DNA from: Alphaproteobacteria bacterium
Lineage (GTDB): Bacteria > Pseudomonadota > Alphaproteobacteria > GCA-2731375
DNA: 64,000 nucleotides
Reading direction: 5' to 3'
Assembly: GCA_965232515.1 (NCBI GenBank)
Contig: CBDDPY010000002.1
Location: 4,320,001-4,384,000 of the forward strand
In this document: one piece after another, positions 17,825-29,290 of the stretch
Layout: each line of letters begins with the position of its first letter
Numbering within the stretch: the stretch's first letter is position 1
Made by a program: the position numbers and the translations under genes
Notes under the pieces: model-generated
Databases searched by the model: none
Told to the model about the DNA's origin: nothing
The model's input: the letters and a program-made list of their open reading frames with translations, nothing else

Positions 17825-18586
17825 CTAGGACGACGAGCCGAAGACGCGTTTCAGGATGTCGGTGGTGCGGGCGGCGGGATTGGCGCGGATCGCGGCCTCT
17901 TCCTGGGCGACATAGTGGAAGATGCCGTCCATGCCCTTGTCGAGCACGTGGTTGGTGAGGTCGGCCTTGACGTCGGGCACCAACGGCACCGATCGGTACT
18001 GCCCCATCAAATTGTCGTAGGCCTTGATCGCGCCGACCTCGGCCAGGCTGTCGTCGACGATCGGCCGCATGGCGTCTGCCAGCGGCGCCGACATCTTGGA
18101 TTCGAAATAGCGCGTCGCCGCGTCCGCCGGCCCGTCGTAGATCGCCTTCGCGTCGTCGAGCGTCATCTCCGAGATCGCCTGCACGAACAGTTCCTGCGCC
18201 TGCGGCGTCGCCGCCTCGGCCGCGCGGTTCAATCGGGTCTCGAGATCGTCCAGCATGCCCGACATGCCGAGCGGCTGCAGCGTCGAGCGCACGGTCTGCA
18301 TGGACTCCGGCAGCGGAATGCGGATGGTGGAATCGGCGTTGAAGCCGTCGGTCTTGCCGAGCTGGCTGACGACCCGCTCGGTGCCGACCCGCAGCGCCTC
18401 CTTCAGGCCGGCCGTCAATTCATCGGTGCCGAGCGCGCCCGCCGCGGCGCCGGCGGCGCTGTCGCCACCGCCCTTGCCGATATTCCCGAGGAGATCCTTC
18501 CCCTTCTGGAGCCAGTCGGTTTGGGCAGCCGCGGCGCCAGCGAAAAGCAGCAGCGATGCGGCCAAAACGATACGAAATCCCGGCAT
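17825..18586 (-). CDS. DUF4197 family secreted protein
   Basis: Signal peptide; GLKEAL..G, IRIPLP, LNRAAEAA, IRANPAARTTDILKRVFG. Confidence 0.88.
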   Translation of the reverse strand: MPGFRIVLAASLLLFAGAAAAQTDWLQKGKDLLGNIGKGGGDSAAGAAAGALGTDELTAGLKEALRVGTERVVSQLGKTDGFNADSTIRIPLPESMQTVRSTLQPLGMSGMLDDLETRLNRAAEAATPQAQELFVQAISEMTLDDAKAIYDGPADAATRYFESKMSAPLADAMRPIVDDSLAEVGAIKAYDNLMGQYRSVPLVPDVKADLTNHVLDKGMDGIFHYVAQEEAAIRANPAARTTDILKRVFGSSS

Positions 18587-18591
18587 AAGAC

Positions 18592-19449
18592 CTATGGTCT
18601 TAGCACCATTCCTTCGCGGGCGACAACGGAACCGGGGCGCGCCGCCGTGACATCTCGGTGAACCTGGTCCATGAAGTCGTCGTCGTGGTCGGGATCGTGA
18701 TGGAAGACCACGAAGGTCTTGACGCCGGCGGCGTCGCAGAGCCTTGCGCCGGCCTGCCAGGTCGAGTGGCCCCAGCCGACGCGGCTGGCATACTCGTCAT
18801 CGGTGTACATGCTGTCGTAGATGGCGAGGTCGGCGCCCTTGATCAGACTGACGATGTTCTCGTCCACCCGGTCGGCGAAGTGCTCGGTGTCGGTGAGGTA
18901 GCAGATCGACTTGCCAGCGAATTCGATACGGTAGCCGGTGGCGCCGTTGGGATGGTTCAGCGGCGTCGAGCGAATGGTCACGCCGGGCGCCGGGCGCAGC
19001 GTGTCGCCGGCGCGGAAATCGCGGAACTCGAGCGAGGACTGAAAGACCTCGGGCGGTACGGGAAACAGCGGCGCCATCATCAGCTCGACCAGCACCTGCC
19101 TGAGCGTCAGCGCCGGCAGCAGATGCCCGGCCCACATGCGGAACTTGTTGCCGGTGGTGAAAAACGGCCGGAAGAACGGGATGCCGCAGATATGGTCGAA
19201 ATGGGTGTGGGTCAGAAAAACGTCCGCGTCGACCGGCTTACCCTCGTCGCAGAGGCGGTTGCCGAGATAGCGGATGCCGGTGCCGGCGTCGAATATGAAC
19301 ATGCGATCGCCGCAGACGATCTCGAGGCAGGACGTGTTGCCGCCGTAGCGGATGGTCTTGGGGTCGGAAACCGAAATGCTGCCGCGCACGCCCCAGAAGC
19401 GCACGAAGAAGTCGGTCGTTTTGTTGGACTTCGAGGTCTCGGTCCCCAT
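18592..19449 (-). CDS. MBL-fold metallo-hydrolase
   Basis: FWGVRGS, YGGNTSC, DAGTG, THTHFDH, GWGHST, FHHDP. Confidence 0.9.
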   Translation of the reverse strand: MGTETSKSNKTTDFFVRFWGVRGSISVSDPKTIRYGGNTSCLEIVCGDRMFIFDAGTGIRYLGNRLCDEGKPVDADVFLTHTHFDHICGIPFFRPFFTTGNKFRMWAGHLLPALTLRQVLVELMMAPLFPVPPEVFQSSLEFRDFRAGDTLRPAPGVTIRSTPLNHPNGATGYRIEFAGKSICYLTDTEHFADRVDENIVSLIKGADLAIYDSMYTDDEYASRVGWGHSTWQAGARLCDAAGVKTFVVFHHDPDHDDDFMDQVHRDVTAARPGSVVAREGMVLRP

Positions 19450-19718
19450 GCGTCCCCGTCCTACTGACGGGCGTATTGTGCCCGACCGTCTACCACAGTG
19501 AAAGGGCGCGGACCGACGGCCCATCGTAACGGTCGCCGTCGCAACAGCCCCCCTTCCTTATATTAGGATTTGTCACAAAAGGGGTTCGGATCAAGATATA
19601 TCGATCCGGAACAGGTTCGCCGGCAAGACATCGGATCGCGCCGCCACGAACGGCAGGCACGTTCGGAATACCTCTCGAAATGGCGGGAAACCGCGGCGCG
19701 CGGCAGAACCCAATGCCG

Positions 19719-20405
19719 TCAGGGCGCCAGCCGGTAGCCGCCGGACTCGGTTACCAACAGTTCGGCGTTCGACGGATCGGCCTCGATCTTCTGCCGCAGG
19801 CGGTAGATATGCGTTTCCAACGTATGCGTGGTGACGCCAGCGTTATAGCCCCAGACTTCATTCAGCAACACGTCGCGCGAGACGGTCTTGTCGCCGGCCC
19901 GGTAGAGGTATTTCAGGATCGAGGTTTCCTTCTCGGTCAGCCGGACCTTCTGGTTGTTCTCGTTGTGCAGCAGCAGCTTGGCGCTGGGCCGGAAGGTGTA
20001 GGGACCGATCGCGAATACGGCGTCCTCGCTCTGCTCGTGCTGGCGCAGCTGCGCGCGCACGCGGGCCAGCAGCACGGCGAACTTGAATGGCTTGGTGACG
20101 TAATCGTTGGCGCCGGATTCCAGGCCGAGGATGGTATCGGCGTCGCTGCCGGCGGCCGTCAGCATGATGATCGGGCATTTCACGCCGTTGCGGCGCATCA
20201 TCTTGCAGGCTTCGCGGCCATCGATGTCCGGCAGGCCGACATCGAGCAGAATCAGGTCGAAGTGATCGCCTTTCACGCTTTCCAGCGCCTGGGCGCCGGA
20301 TTCGGCCTGCTGCGTGGTGAACTCGTCGTGCAGCTCCAACTGCTCGGCCAGCGACTCGCGCAGCGGCGCCTCATCGTCGACCAACAAGATTTTCTTCGCT
20401 GTCAT
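19719..20405 (-). CDS. cenR: OmpR-family response regulator, CenR orthologue
   Basis: Receiver (LLVDD, LLDVGLPD, DYVTKPF) plus wHTH; segments HEQSEDAVF.IGPY.FRP, RLTEKET.ILKYLYRAG and VWGYNAGVTTHTLETHIYRLRQKIE match CenR as I recall it. Confidence 0.8.
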   Translation of the reverse strand: MTAKKILLVDDEAPLRESLAEQLELHDEFTTQQAESGAQALESVKGDHFDLILLDVGLPDIDGREACKMMRRNGVKCPIIMLTAAGSDADTILGLESGANDYVTKPFKFAVLLARVRAQLRQHEQSEDAVFAIGPYTFRPSAKLLLHNENNQKVRLTEKETSILKYLYRAGDKTVSRDVLLNEVWGYNAGVTTHTLETHIYRLRQKIEADPSNAELLVTESGGYRLAP

Positions 20406-20507
20406 GACAGTCCCCATCCTTTCGCGCATATGTTGCGGTACCCGACTCGCGAAAGCGCAATATCATATAGGCGGCAACCCGATCACGCACAAGCGGCGGC
20501 GGTCGTG

Positions 20508-21434
20508 TCAACCCGGCACGAGCGCCGCCGGGGCCAGCGCCCCGTCCGGTTCGGCCAGGTGATCGACCACCGAAAAATGATTGCGGCCGGGCGCGTCGAC
20601 GATGCGCGGCGCGGCGCCAGCCGTCGTCCAGGCGGCGGCAAATTCCGCCTGCTGGCGGTGAAATTCCGGCGTTTCCAGGCCACCCGCGCAGAGCGCCAGC
20701 GGCGGCAGCGGGTCGGCGCCCGGCGGGCGCTGCCGCAGCAGTCCAAGCGGACTGTTGCGGCCGGCGCTGTCGGGCGTCAGGCCGATGACGTCGTTCAGAT
20801 AGCAGAGCCGGATGGGTTCGAGATCGTAGAGTCCGCTGATCGCCAACCCGCCCGCGAGCGGGCGCGGCGGCAGGTCCGACGCGAAGGCCGCCCAGTCTGT
20901 CAAAAGAGCCATCGCCGTCAGATGACCGCCGGCGGAATGGCCGGACACGGTCAGACGTTCGGGATCGGCGCCGATGGCGGCGGCCTGGCGCCAGGCCCAG
21001 GCGACCGCGTTCCGCACCTGGCGCACGATCTCGTCCATGTCGACGGCCGGCGCCAGCGCATAGTCGATGACGGCGAGATGCGCGCCCCGCGGCACGATGC
21101 CGTCGGCGATGTAGCCGAAATGGTCCTTGTCCATGGCCTGCCAGTAGCCGCCATGAATGAAGATATGCAGCGGCGCCGGACGCCCGTCAGCCGGATCGGC
21201 CCGAAACAGGTCCAGCTTCTGCTCGGCCGTGTCGCCATAGACCACGTCGATTTCGACGTCGTGCGTCTCGCGCGCCCTGGCGCTGGCGGCGGCCCAGCGT
21301 TCGACGAACGCCGGATAGTCGGGCACGGCCGCGCGCATGTTGTACTGCGCGTCCAACCCGGCCTGATCGTAATCGCGATACAACACGCCTTTGCCGCTCC
21401 CCTGCGTCTCCCCGACGGCACTGTCCGCGATCAT
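20508..21434 (-). CDS. Alpha/beta hydrolase (arylformamidase-like)
   Basis: LDAQYN, FIHGGYWQ, GHSAGGHL, SGLYDL, NHF. Confidence 0.88.
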   Translation of the reverse strand: MIADSAVGETQGSGKGVLYRDYDQAGLDAQYNMRAAVPDYPAFVERWAAASARARETHDVEIDVVYGDTAEQKLDLFRADPADGRPAPLHIFIHGGYWQAMDKDHFGYIADGIVPRGAHLAVIDYALAPAVDMDEIVRQVRNAVAWAWRQAAAIGADPERLTVSGHSAGGHLTAMALLTDWAAFASDLPPRPLAGGLAISGLYDLEPIRLCYLNDVIGLTPDSAGRNSPLGLLRQRPPGADPLPPLALCAGGLETPEFHRQQAEFAAAWTTAGAAPRIVDAPGRNHFSVVDHLAEPDGALAPAALVPG

Positions 21435-21630
21435 GACAGGCGTCCGGCGTTCGGTCCATGACCGGCGCGGCATTCGCATATATCCGGACGAACGACCGTT
21501 TTCAGGCCAAATTCTTGCTGCATCGCAATACGGGATTTGCCGAGCAGGGCAATCCCCGCTTATGCTTCCGATGACGGATCGATGAACGTCGGTTCGCATA
21601 AGCAAAAACAACAGCCACAGGAGAGGTCCG

Positions 21631-23157
21631 ATGATGATACGGACAGTTACTGCCGGCACGCTCGCGGCGGCCATCGGCCTTGGCGCCGCCGTCGCGCATG
21701 CCGGCAAGGATGACGATACGCTGACCATCGCGTGGGGCTCGACCGGCCCCATCGAGAATGTCGACAACTACTTCAACACCAACCGCACCGGCATCTGGTT
21801 CTCGCGCATGGTCTGGGACCAGCTGGTCTATCGCGACGAGAAGACCTTCGAGTTCAAGGGGCTGCTGGCCGAGAGCTGGGAGTACCTGAACGACACGACG
21901 CTGCGCTTCAAGCTGCGCCAGGGCGTGAAGTTCCACAACGGTGAGCCGTTCGACGCCGACGACGTGGTATTCACGCTGAACTGGATCTCCGATCCGGACA
22001 ACGGCGTGAAGGTCCAGCGCAACGTCAACTGGATCAAGAACGCCGAGAAGGTCGACCAGTACACGGTCGATCTGCACATGAAGAAGCCGTTCCCGCAGGC
22101 GTTCGAATTCCTGTCGGGCCCGCTGACGATCTATCCGAACGAGTACTACGCCAAGGTCGGCCCGGACGGCATGGGCAAGAAGCCGGTCGGCACCGGTCCC
22201 TACTCGGTGGTCAGCGTGAAGCAGGCCGAGGAATACGTCTTCAAACGCAACGACGACTATAACTGGGGCAGCCCGAAGGGCGCCGGCAAGATCGAAAACA
22301 TCGTCGTACGCGAGATCGCCGACGTGCAGACGCAGATCGCCGAGCTGCTGGCCGGCGGCATCGACTTCACGGCCGACATTTCGGCCGACCATGTCGAGCA
22401 GATCGCGACCGTGCCGGGCTTCGAGGCGCTGCAGGCCGAGACCATGCGGACAGGCTATATCGGCTTTGACGCGGCCGGACGGTCCGGCTTCAAGCCGACC
22501 ACCGACGTGCGCGTGCGCCGGGCCATGGCGCATGCCATCAACCGCGAATCCCTGGTCAAGAACCTGATCCGGGGCGATTCCAAGGTGATCCACACGCCGT
22601 GCTTCCCGACCCAGTTCGGCTGCGATGTGAACGCCGCGGTGAAATACGAGTTCGATCCGTCGAAGGCCAAGGCGCTGCTGGCGGAAGCGGGCTATGCCGA
22701 CGGTTTCGAGATCGACCTCTACTCGTTCCGTCCCGCCGACTGGAACGAGGCGGTGATGGGCGACCTGGCCAAGGTCGGCATCAAGGTCAACTTCACCAAG
22801 ATGCCCTACTTCGCGCTGCGCGACCTGCAGTGGGAAGGCAAGACGCCGATGTATTTCATGGACTGGGGTTCCTACTCCATGAACGACATGTCGGCGATCA
22901 CCAGCCACTTCTTCAAGCACGGGCCGGACGACTACGCGCTGGACCCCGACCTGAAGCAATGGTTGGAGACCGGCGACACCAACGTCGATCCGGCGGTCCG
23001 CAAGGAGAACTATTCGAAGGCGATCGCCAAGATCACCGACGAGGTCTACTGGCTGCCGATGTTCTCGCACGTGCGCAACTATGCCTACGTGGCGAGCCTC
23101 GACTTCACGCCTTATCCCGACGAGATCCCGCGTTTCTTCCGCTACGGCTGGAAGTGA
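21631..23157 (+). CDS. ABC transporter substrate-binding protein, family 5
   Basis: Signal peptide; FKLRQGVKFHNGEPFDADDVVFT, PVGTGPY. Confidence 0.93.
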   Translation: MMIRTVTAGTLAAAIGLGAAVAHAGKDDDTLTIAWGSTGPIENVDNYFNTNRTGIWFSRMVWDQLVYRDEKTFEFKGLLAESWEYLNDTTLRFKLRQGVKFHNGEPFDADDVVFTLNWISDPDNGVKVQRNVNWIKNAEKVDQYTVDLHMKKPFPQAFEFLSGPLTIYPNEYYAKVGPDGMGKKPVGTGPYSVVSVKQAEEYVFKRNDDYNWGSPKGAGKIENIVVREIADVQTQIAELLAGGIDFTADISADHVEQIATVPGFEALQAETMRTGYIGFDAAGRSGFKPTTDVRVRRAMAHAINRESLVKNLIRGDSKVIHTPCFPTQFGCDVNAAVKYEFDPSKAKALLAEAGYADGFEIDLYSFRPADWNEAVMGDLAKVGIKVNFTKMPYFALRDLQWEGKTPMYFMDWGSYSMNDMSAITSHFFKHGPDDYALDPDLKQWLETGDTNVDPAVRKENYSKAIAKITDEVYWLPMFSHVRNYAYVASLDFTPYPDEIPRFFRYGWK

Positions 23158-23177
23158 TCCGTCGGACCTGACAACGG

Positions 23178-23209
23178 CGGGGACGGCCGCATTGCCGCGG
23201 CCGTCCCCG
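23178..23209 (+). other. GC-rich intercistronic hairpin (probable mRNA-stabilising stem)
   Basis: cggggacggccgc-attgcc-gcggccgtccccg, with no U-tract. Confidence 0.6.
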
Positions 23210-23229
23210 ACCGCCCATAGGTTGGGGTA

Positions 23230-24147
23230 ATGCTGACTTACACGTTGAAGCGCCTGTTCGTGGCGCTGTTGATTCTGATCGTCGTGTCGGCGCTGACCTT
23301 CAGCATGTCGCATCTGGCGAGCGACCCGGCGATGGCGATCGCCGGCGAAACGGCCAGCGCCGAGGACATCCAGGAAATCCGCCGGATCTACGGCTTCGAC
23401 CAGCCGATCTGGTACCAGTACATGGCCTGGGCCGGGAAGGCGCTGACCGGCGACTTCGGCACCTCGTACCATTACCGCGAGCAGGTCTCGGCTATGCTGG
23501 CCCTGCGATTTCCGACGACGCTGACGCTGGGTATCTGCGCGCTCGCCTTCGCGCTGGTGCTGTCGATCCCGATGGGCGTGCTGGCGGCGATCCGGCCGAA
23601 CTCGCTGATCGACCGGGCGGCCTTGTTTATCGCCGTGCTGGGCCAGGCGCTGCCGACCTTCTGGTTCGCGCTGATGCTGATGATCCTGTTCGGCGTGCAG
23701 CTGCGCTGGCTGCCGATCTCGGGCAACACGACCTGGGCGCATTTCGTCATGCCGGCGATCGCCCTCGGCTATTACTCGACGCCGGCGCTGATGCGGCTGA
23801 CGCGCGCCGGCATGATCGAGGTGCTGAATTCCGATTACATCCGCACGGCTCGGGCCAAGGGTCTCAGGCCGCCGACGGTGATGTTCAAGCACGCGCTGAG
23901 GAACGCCATCCTGCCGGTGGTCTCGCTGACGGCGGTGCAGTTCGGCTTCGCGCTGGGCGGCTCGATCGTGATCGAGACGATTTTTAACCTGAAGGGCATC
24001 GGCTGGCTGAGCTATGACGCGATCCTGCGCGCCGACTTGCCGGTGGTGCAGGCGATCGTGCTGGTCATCGCCTGTTTCTACGTTGTGCTGACGCTGGCGG
24101 CGGATCTGCTGAACGCTGCGCTGGACCCGCGCATCCGGGTGCGCTGA
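23230..24147 (+). CDS. ABC transporter permease (DppB-like)
   Basis: GDFGTS, DYIRTARAKGL, KHALRNA, LDPRIR. Confidence 0.93.
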   Translation: MLTYTLKRLFVALLILIVVSALTFSMSHLASDPAMAIAGETASAEDIQEIRRIYGFDQPIWYQYMAWAGKALTGDFGTSYHYREQVSAMLALRFPTTLTLGICALAFALVLSIPMGVLAAIRPNSLIDRAALFIAVLGQALPTFWFALMLMILFGVQLRWLPISGNTTWAHFVMPAIALGYYSTPALMRLTRAGMIEVLNSDYIRTARAKGLRPPTVMFKHALRNAILPVVSLTAVQFGFALGGSIVIETIFNLKGIGWLSYDAILRADLPVVQAIVLVIACFYVVLTLAADLLNAALDPRIRVR

Positions 24148-24157
24148 GGAGAACATC

Positions 24158-25072
24158 ATGGTCGCGATCGACAACCGCAGCGCCGAACAGATCCTCGAGC
24201 CCTCGCCGCTGGCCAAGCTGCGGCGGCGCATCTTCGGCCATTACAGCTTTCTGTTCGGGGCCGGGGTCATCATCCTGATGATTCTGGTGGCGCTGGCGGC
24301 GCCACTGCTGGCGCCGCACGATCCCTATTACACCGACCTGTCGAAGCGCATCCAGATGCCGTTCTGGCACGCCGACACGACACCGGAGAAATACGACCCC
24401 GATCATCTGCTGGGCACCGACAAGGTCGGCCGCGACTATCTCTCGCGGCTGATCTACGGCGCGCAGGTATCGCTGCTGATCGGCTTCTCGGCGATGATCA
24501 TCTCCGGCGTCATCGGCACCACGCTGGGCGTGATCGCCGGCTATTTCGGCGGCCGTGTCGACCTGGTCATCAACTTCATCATCAATGTGCGCCTGGCCCT
24601 GCCAGTATTCCTGGTGGCGCTGTCGGTCGGCTTCGTGTTCGGGGCCAGCCTGGAGATCGTGATCCTGGTGCTGGGCCTGTTCCTGTGGGACCGGTTCGCC
24701 GTGGTCATGCGAAGTATCACCATGCAGGCGCGCGAGATGGACTATGTCAACGCCGCGCGCGCCATCGGCGTCTCGACGCCGACGATCATCGTCAAGGAAG
24801 TGTTCCCGAACGTCCTGAACTCTCTGACCGTGGTGGCGACGGTGGAGATGGCGAACGCCATCCTGCTGGAAGCGGCGCTGTCGTTCCTGGGCTTCGGCGT
24901 ACAGGCGCCGGAACCGTCCTGGGGCCTGATGCTGAACGAGGCGCGGGAATACATGTTCTTCCATCCCTGGCTGCTGACGCTGCCGGGGCTGGCGCTGTTC
25001 CTGCTGGTGCTGGCGATCAACCTGTTCGGCGACGGCCTGCGCGACGTGACGCAGGCGCGCGAGCGGGCCTGA
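24158..25072 (+). CDS. ABC transporter permease (DppC-like)
   Basis: LLGTDKVGRDYLSRLIYGAQVSL, EAALSFLGFG, NLFGDGLRD. Confidence 0.93.
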   Translation: MVAIDNRSAEQILEPSPLAKLRRRIFGHYSFLFGAGVIILMILVALAAPLLAPHDPYYTDLSKRIQMPFWHADTTPEKYDPDHLLGTDKVGRDYLSRLIYGAQVSLLIGFSAMIISGVIGTTLGVIAGYFGGRVDLVINFIINVRLALPVFLVALSVGFVFGASLEIVILVLGLFLWDRFAVVMRSITMQAREMDYVNAARAIGVSTPTIIVKEVFPNVLNSLTVVATVEMANAILLEAALSFLGFGVQAPEPSWGLMLNEAREYMFFHPWLLTLPGLALFLLVLAINLFGDGLRDVTQARERA

Positions 25073-25091
25073 GCGGGGGAGGCGGCAACAC

Positions 25092-27134
<2,043 letters not shown>

Positions 27135-27207
27135 TTCACCCGGGATTTGCCCGGCGGCGGTATAATCGCCTATGTCTGAGAGTCATTCCGCCACCTGACA
27201 GGTCGTT

Positions 27208-28323
27208 ATGACGACATCGGAGCAGAAATCGCCCGGCGGTGGGGCCAAGGCCCTGATCGCGGTCGAGCGCGCCATCGCCGAATACCGGCGCGGCCGGCCG
27301 GTGCTGCTGCGCGGGCCGGACGGGGCGACGGCCGTGGCGCTGGCGGCCGAGATGGCGATGCCACAGATGTTCGAGCGGGTGAAGACGCTGGGTCAGGCGG
27401 TGCTGGCGCTGACCGACGCGCGGGCGCGGGCGTTGAACATCCGGCCATCGGGGCACGATACCATCCTGGTGCCGCTGACGGCCTGGCTCGACAGCGCCAC
27501 GGCGCGGTCGCTGGCCGATGCCACGACCGACCTGAGCGAGCCGCTGCGCGGGCCGTTCGACCGCGAAAAACGGCCGCCGAGCGCGCCGGAGCGCGGCGCG
27601 GTGGCGCTCGCCAAACTGGCCCGGCTGCTGCCGGCCGCAGTGGTGGCGCCGGTCGCGGCCAACGCCCTGCCGGCGGACTGGGACCTGCTGGCGGCCGACG
27701 TGACGGACGTGATGTCGTATGAGACATCGGCGGCCGAGGCGCTGACGCCGGTGACGTCGGCGAAGGTGCCGCTGGCCGACGCCGAGGACGCGCGCATCTT
27801 CGCCTTCCGGCCGGCCGACGGCGGCATCGAGCATCTGGCGATCGTCGTCGGCGATCCCGACCGGTCGCAGCCGGTGCTGACGCGGCTGCACTCGGAATGC
27901 TTCACCGGCGATCTGATCGGCTCGCTGAAATGCGATTGCGGCGAGCAGCTGCGCGGCGCGCTGAAGCAGATGGGCGAGGCAGGCAGTGGCGTCCTGCTGT
28001 ATCTGGCCCAAGAAGGCCGCGGCATCGGCCTGATGAACAAGCTGCGCGCCTACCGCCTGCAGGCCGACGGCTTCGACACCGTCGACGCCAACCTGCGGCT
28101 GGGGTTCGACGCCGACGAGCGGGTGTTCCTGCCGGCGGCCCAGATGCTGCGCCAGCTCGGCTTCATCAAGGTGCGGCTGTTGACCAACAACCCGGACAAG
28201 GTCGCCGGCCTGGAAGCGCTGGGCGTGGAGGTCACCGAGCGGGTCGCCCACAGCTTCCCCTCCAACACCCACAACGAGTTCTACCTCGCCACGAAGAAAA
28301 GCCGCAGCGGGCATTTATTCTGA
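27208..28323 (+). CDS. ribA: GTP cyclohydrolase II
   Basis: RLHSECFTGD, KCDCGEQL, QEGRGIGL, LLTNNPDK. Confidence 0.95.
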   Translation: MTTSEQKSPGGGAKALIAVERAIAEYRRGRPVLLRGPDGATAVALAAEMAMPQMFERVKTLGQAVLALTDARARALNIRPSGHDTILVPLTAWLDSATARSLADATTDLSEPLRGPFDREKRPPSAPERGAVALAKLARLLPAAVVAPVAANALPADWDLLAADVTDVMSYETSAAEALTPVTSAKVPLADAEDARIFAFRPADGGIEHLAIVVGDPDRSQPVLTRLHSECFTGDLIGSLKCDCGEQLRGALKQMGEAGSGVLLYLAQEGRGIGLMNKLRAYRLQADGFDTVDANLRLGFDADERVFLPAAQMLRQLGFIKVRLLTNNPDKVAGLEALGVEVTERVAHSFPSNTHNEFYLATKKSRSGHLF

Positions 28324-28332
28324 GGCGGCCGG

Positions 28333-28434
28333 CGGCAACGGACGCCGAATAGGCAGAAAGTGCCGTGTCCGAGCCGGCGGGATGGCAATTAAGCCATTGA
28401 AATCATTATCGTTCGGTCTGGCGCGAGATTTGCT
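28333..28434 (+). promoter_or_regulatory. Putative sigma-54 promoter with upstream ftr-like and IHF-like sites
   Basis: TGGCGCG-AGAT-TTGCT at 28419-28434; GGCA-N5-CGCC (28334) and GGCA-N5-TGCC (28352); TTTCAATGGCTTA on the minus strand at 28390-28402. Confidence 0.65.
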
Positions 28435-28445
28435 TCGCCGATTGC

Positions 28446-29180
28446 ATGACGGTCACGCCGAGTTCCTCGATCATGCTGTCGCCGCTGGAGGCGCGGGAGC
28501 GTAATGGCGCGACCTATTGGCATGAGCCCGAGGCCGTGCCGGTCAACGAATCCGGCAAGGGGTTCTGGGGCGAGGACGGCTTCACCTTCGGCGACTTTCT
28601 GGACACCATCAACCCGCTGCAGCACCTGCCCATCGTCGGCACGATCTATCGGGCACTGACCGGCGATGAGCTGGCGCCGGGGGCGCGTCTGGCCGGCGGC
28701 GCGCTGTTCGGCGGTCCGATCGGCGCCGCGGCGGCGATGGCGAACCTCGCCGTCGAGGAAATCGCCGGCCAGGACATCGGCGCCACCGTGCTGGCGGCCG
28801 TCACCGGAGACGACACGCCGGCGGCCCCGACCCGAGTCGCCGCGCTGACGCCGACGGCAGCCGCGACCGATGCCGCAACGGCGGACGGGACGCGGCCGCA
28901 ATTGAGTCCGGCCGCCTTCGAGGCGCTGATGCGCAGCATCGAACTGTCGCCGCAGGCCGCGGCGACCTTGCGGCCGCCCGCGGCAGCGACGGCTGAACCT
29001 ACCGATCTTCCAGAGCTGAGCCCGGCCGCCTTCGAGGCGCTGGTCGGCGCCGGCAACGCCGCCCCGGCCAAGGCCGCGAACGACGACGGCAATCAGGCCG
29101 AGGCGGCCCGCGAACTACACGACATGCTGCGCGCCTATGCCGAGGAACGCGGCGTCACCCCGCCCACTGGCAACCGCTGA
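28446..29180 (+). CDS. Hypothetical protein (FLDTINPLQHLPIVG motif)
   Basis: FTFGDFLDTINPLQHLPIVGTIYR.LTGD followed by Gly-zipper-like GGALFGGPIGAA; low-complexity tail with LSPAAFEAL twice. Confidence 0.75.
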   Translation: MTVTPSSSIMLSPLEARERNGATYWHEPEAVPVNESGKGFWGEDGFTFGDFLDTINPLQHLPIVGTIYRALTGDELAPGARLAGGALFGGPIGAAAAMANLAVEEIAGQDIGATVLAAVTGDDTPAAPTRVAALTPTAAATDAATADGTRPQLSPAAFEALMRSIELSPQAAATLRPPAAATAEPTDLPELSPAAFEALVGAGNAAPAKAANDDGNQAEAARELHDMLRAYAEERGVTPPTGNR

Positions 29181-29290
29181 TCTCCGTTCTTGCCGCAATC
29201 GGGCGGCAACAATCGAAACAATTTGACCCCTTGTTCGGACGCGCCGGGTCTGTCTTTAGTGGCCGGTCTATTCGCATTGGGGTGATAGCG

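Noticed and set aside
21504-21519. Sigma-54 promoter AGGCCAAATTCTTGCT upstream of the ABC binding-protein gene
   Set aside because: GG-N10-GC spacing is right but the -24 match is poor and no supporting activator site was seen.
21502-24231. 909-aa minus-strand ORF and similar long ORFs (48402-50942 -, 14411-16513 +, 6493-8508 +, 32973-35192 -, 45724-47760 +)
   Set aside because: Antisense or off-frame shadows of well-supported genes, expected in GC-rich DNA; no family motifs and biased R/A/G/P composition.
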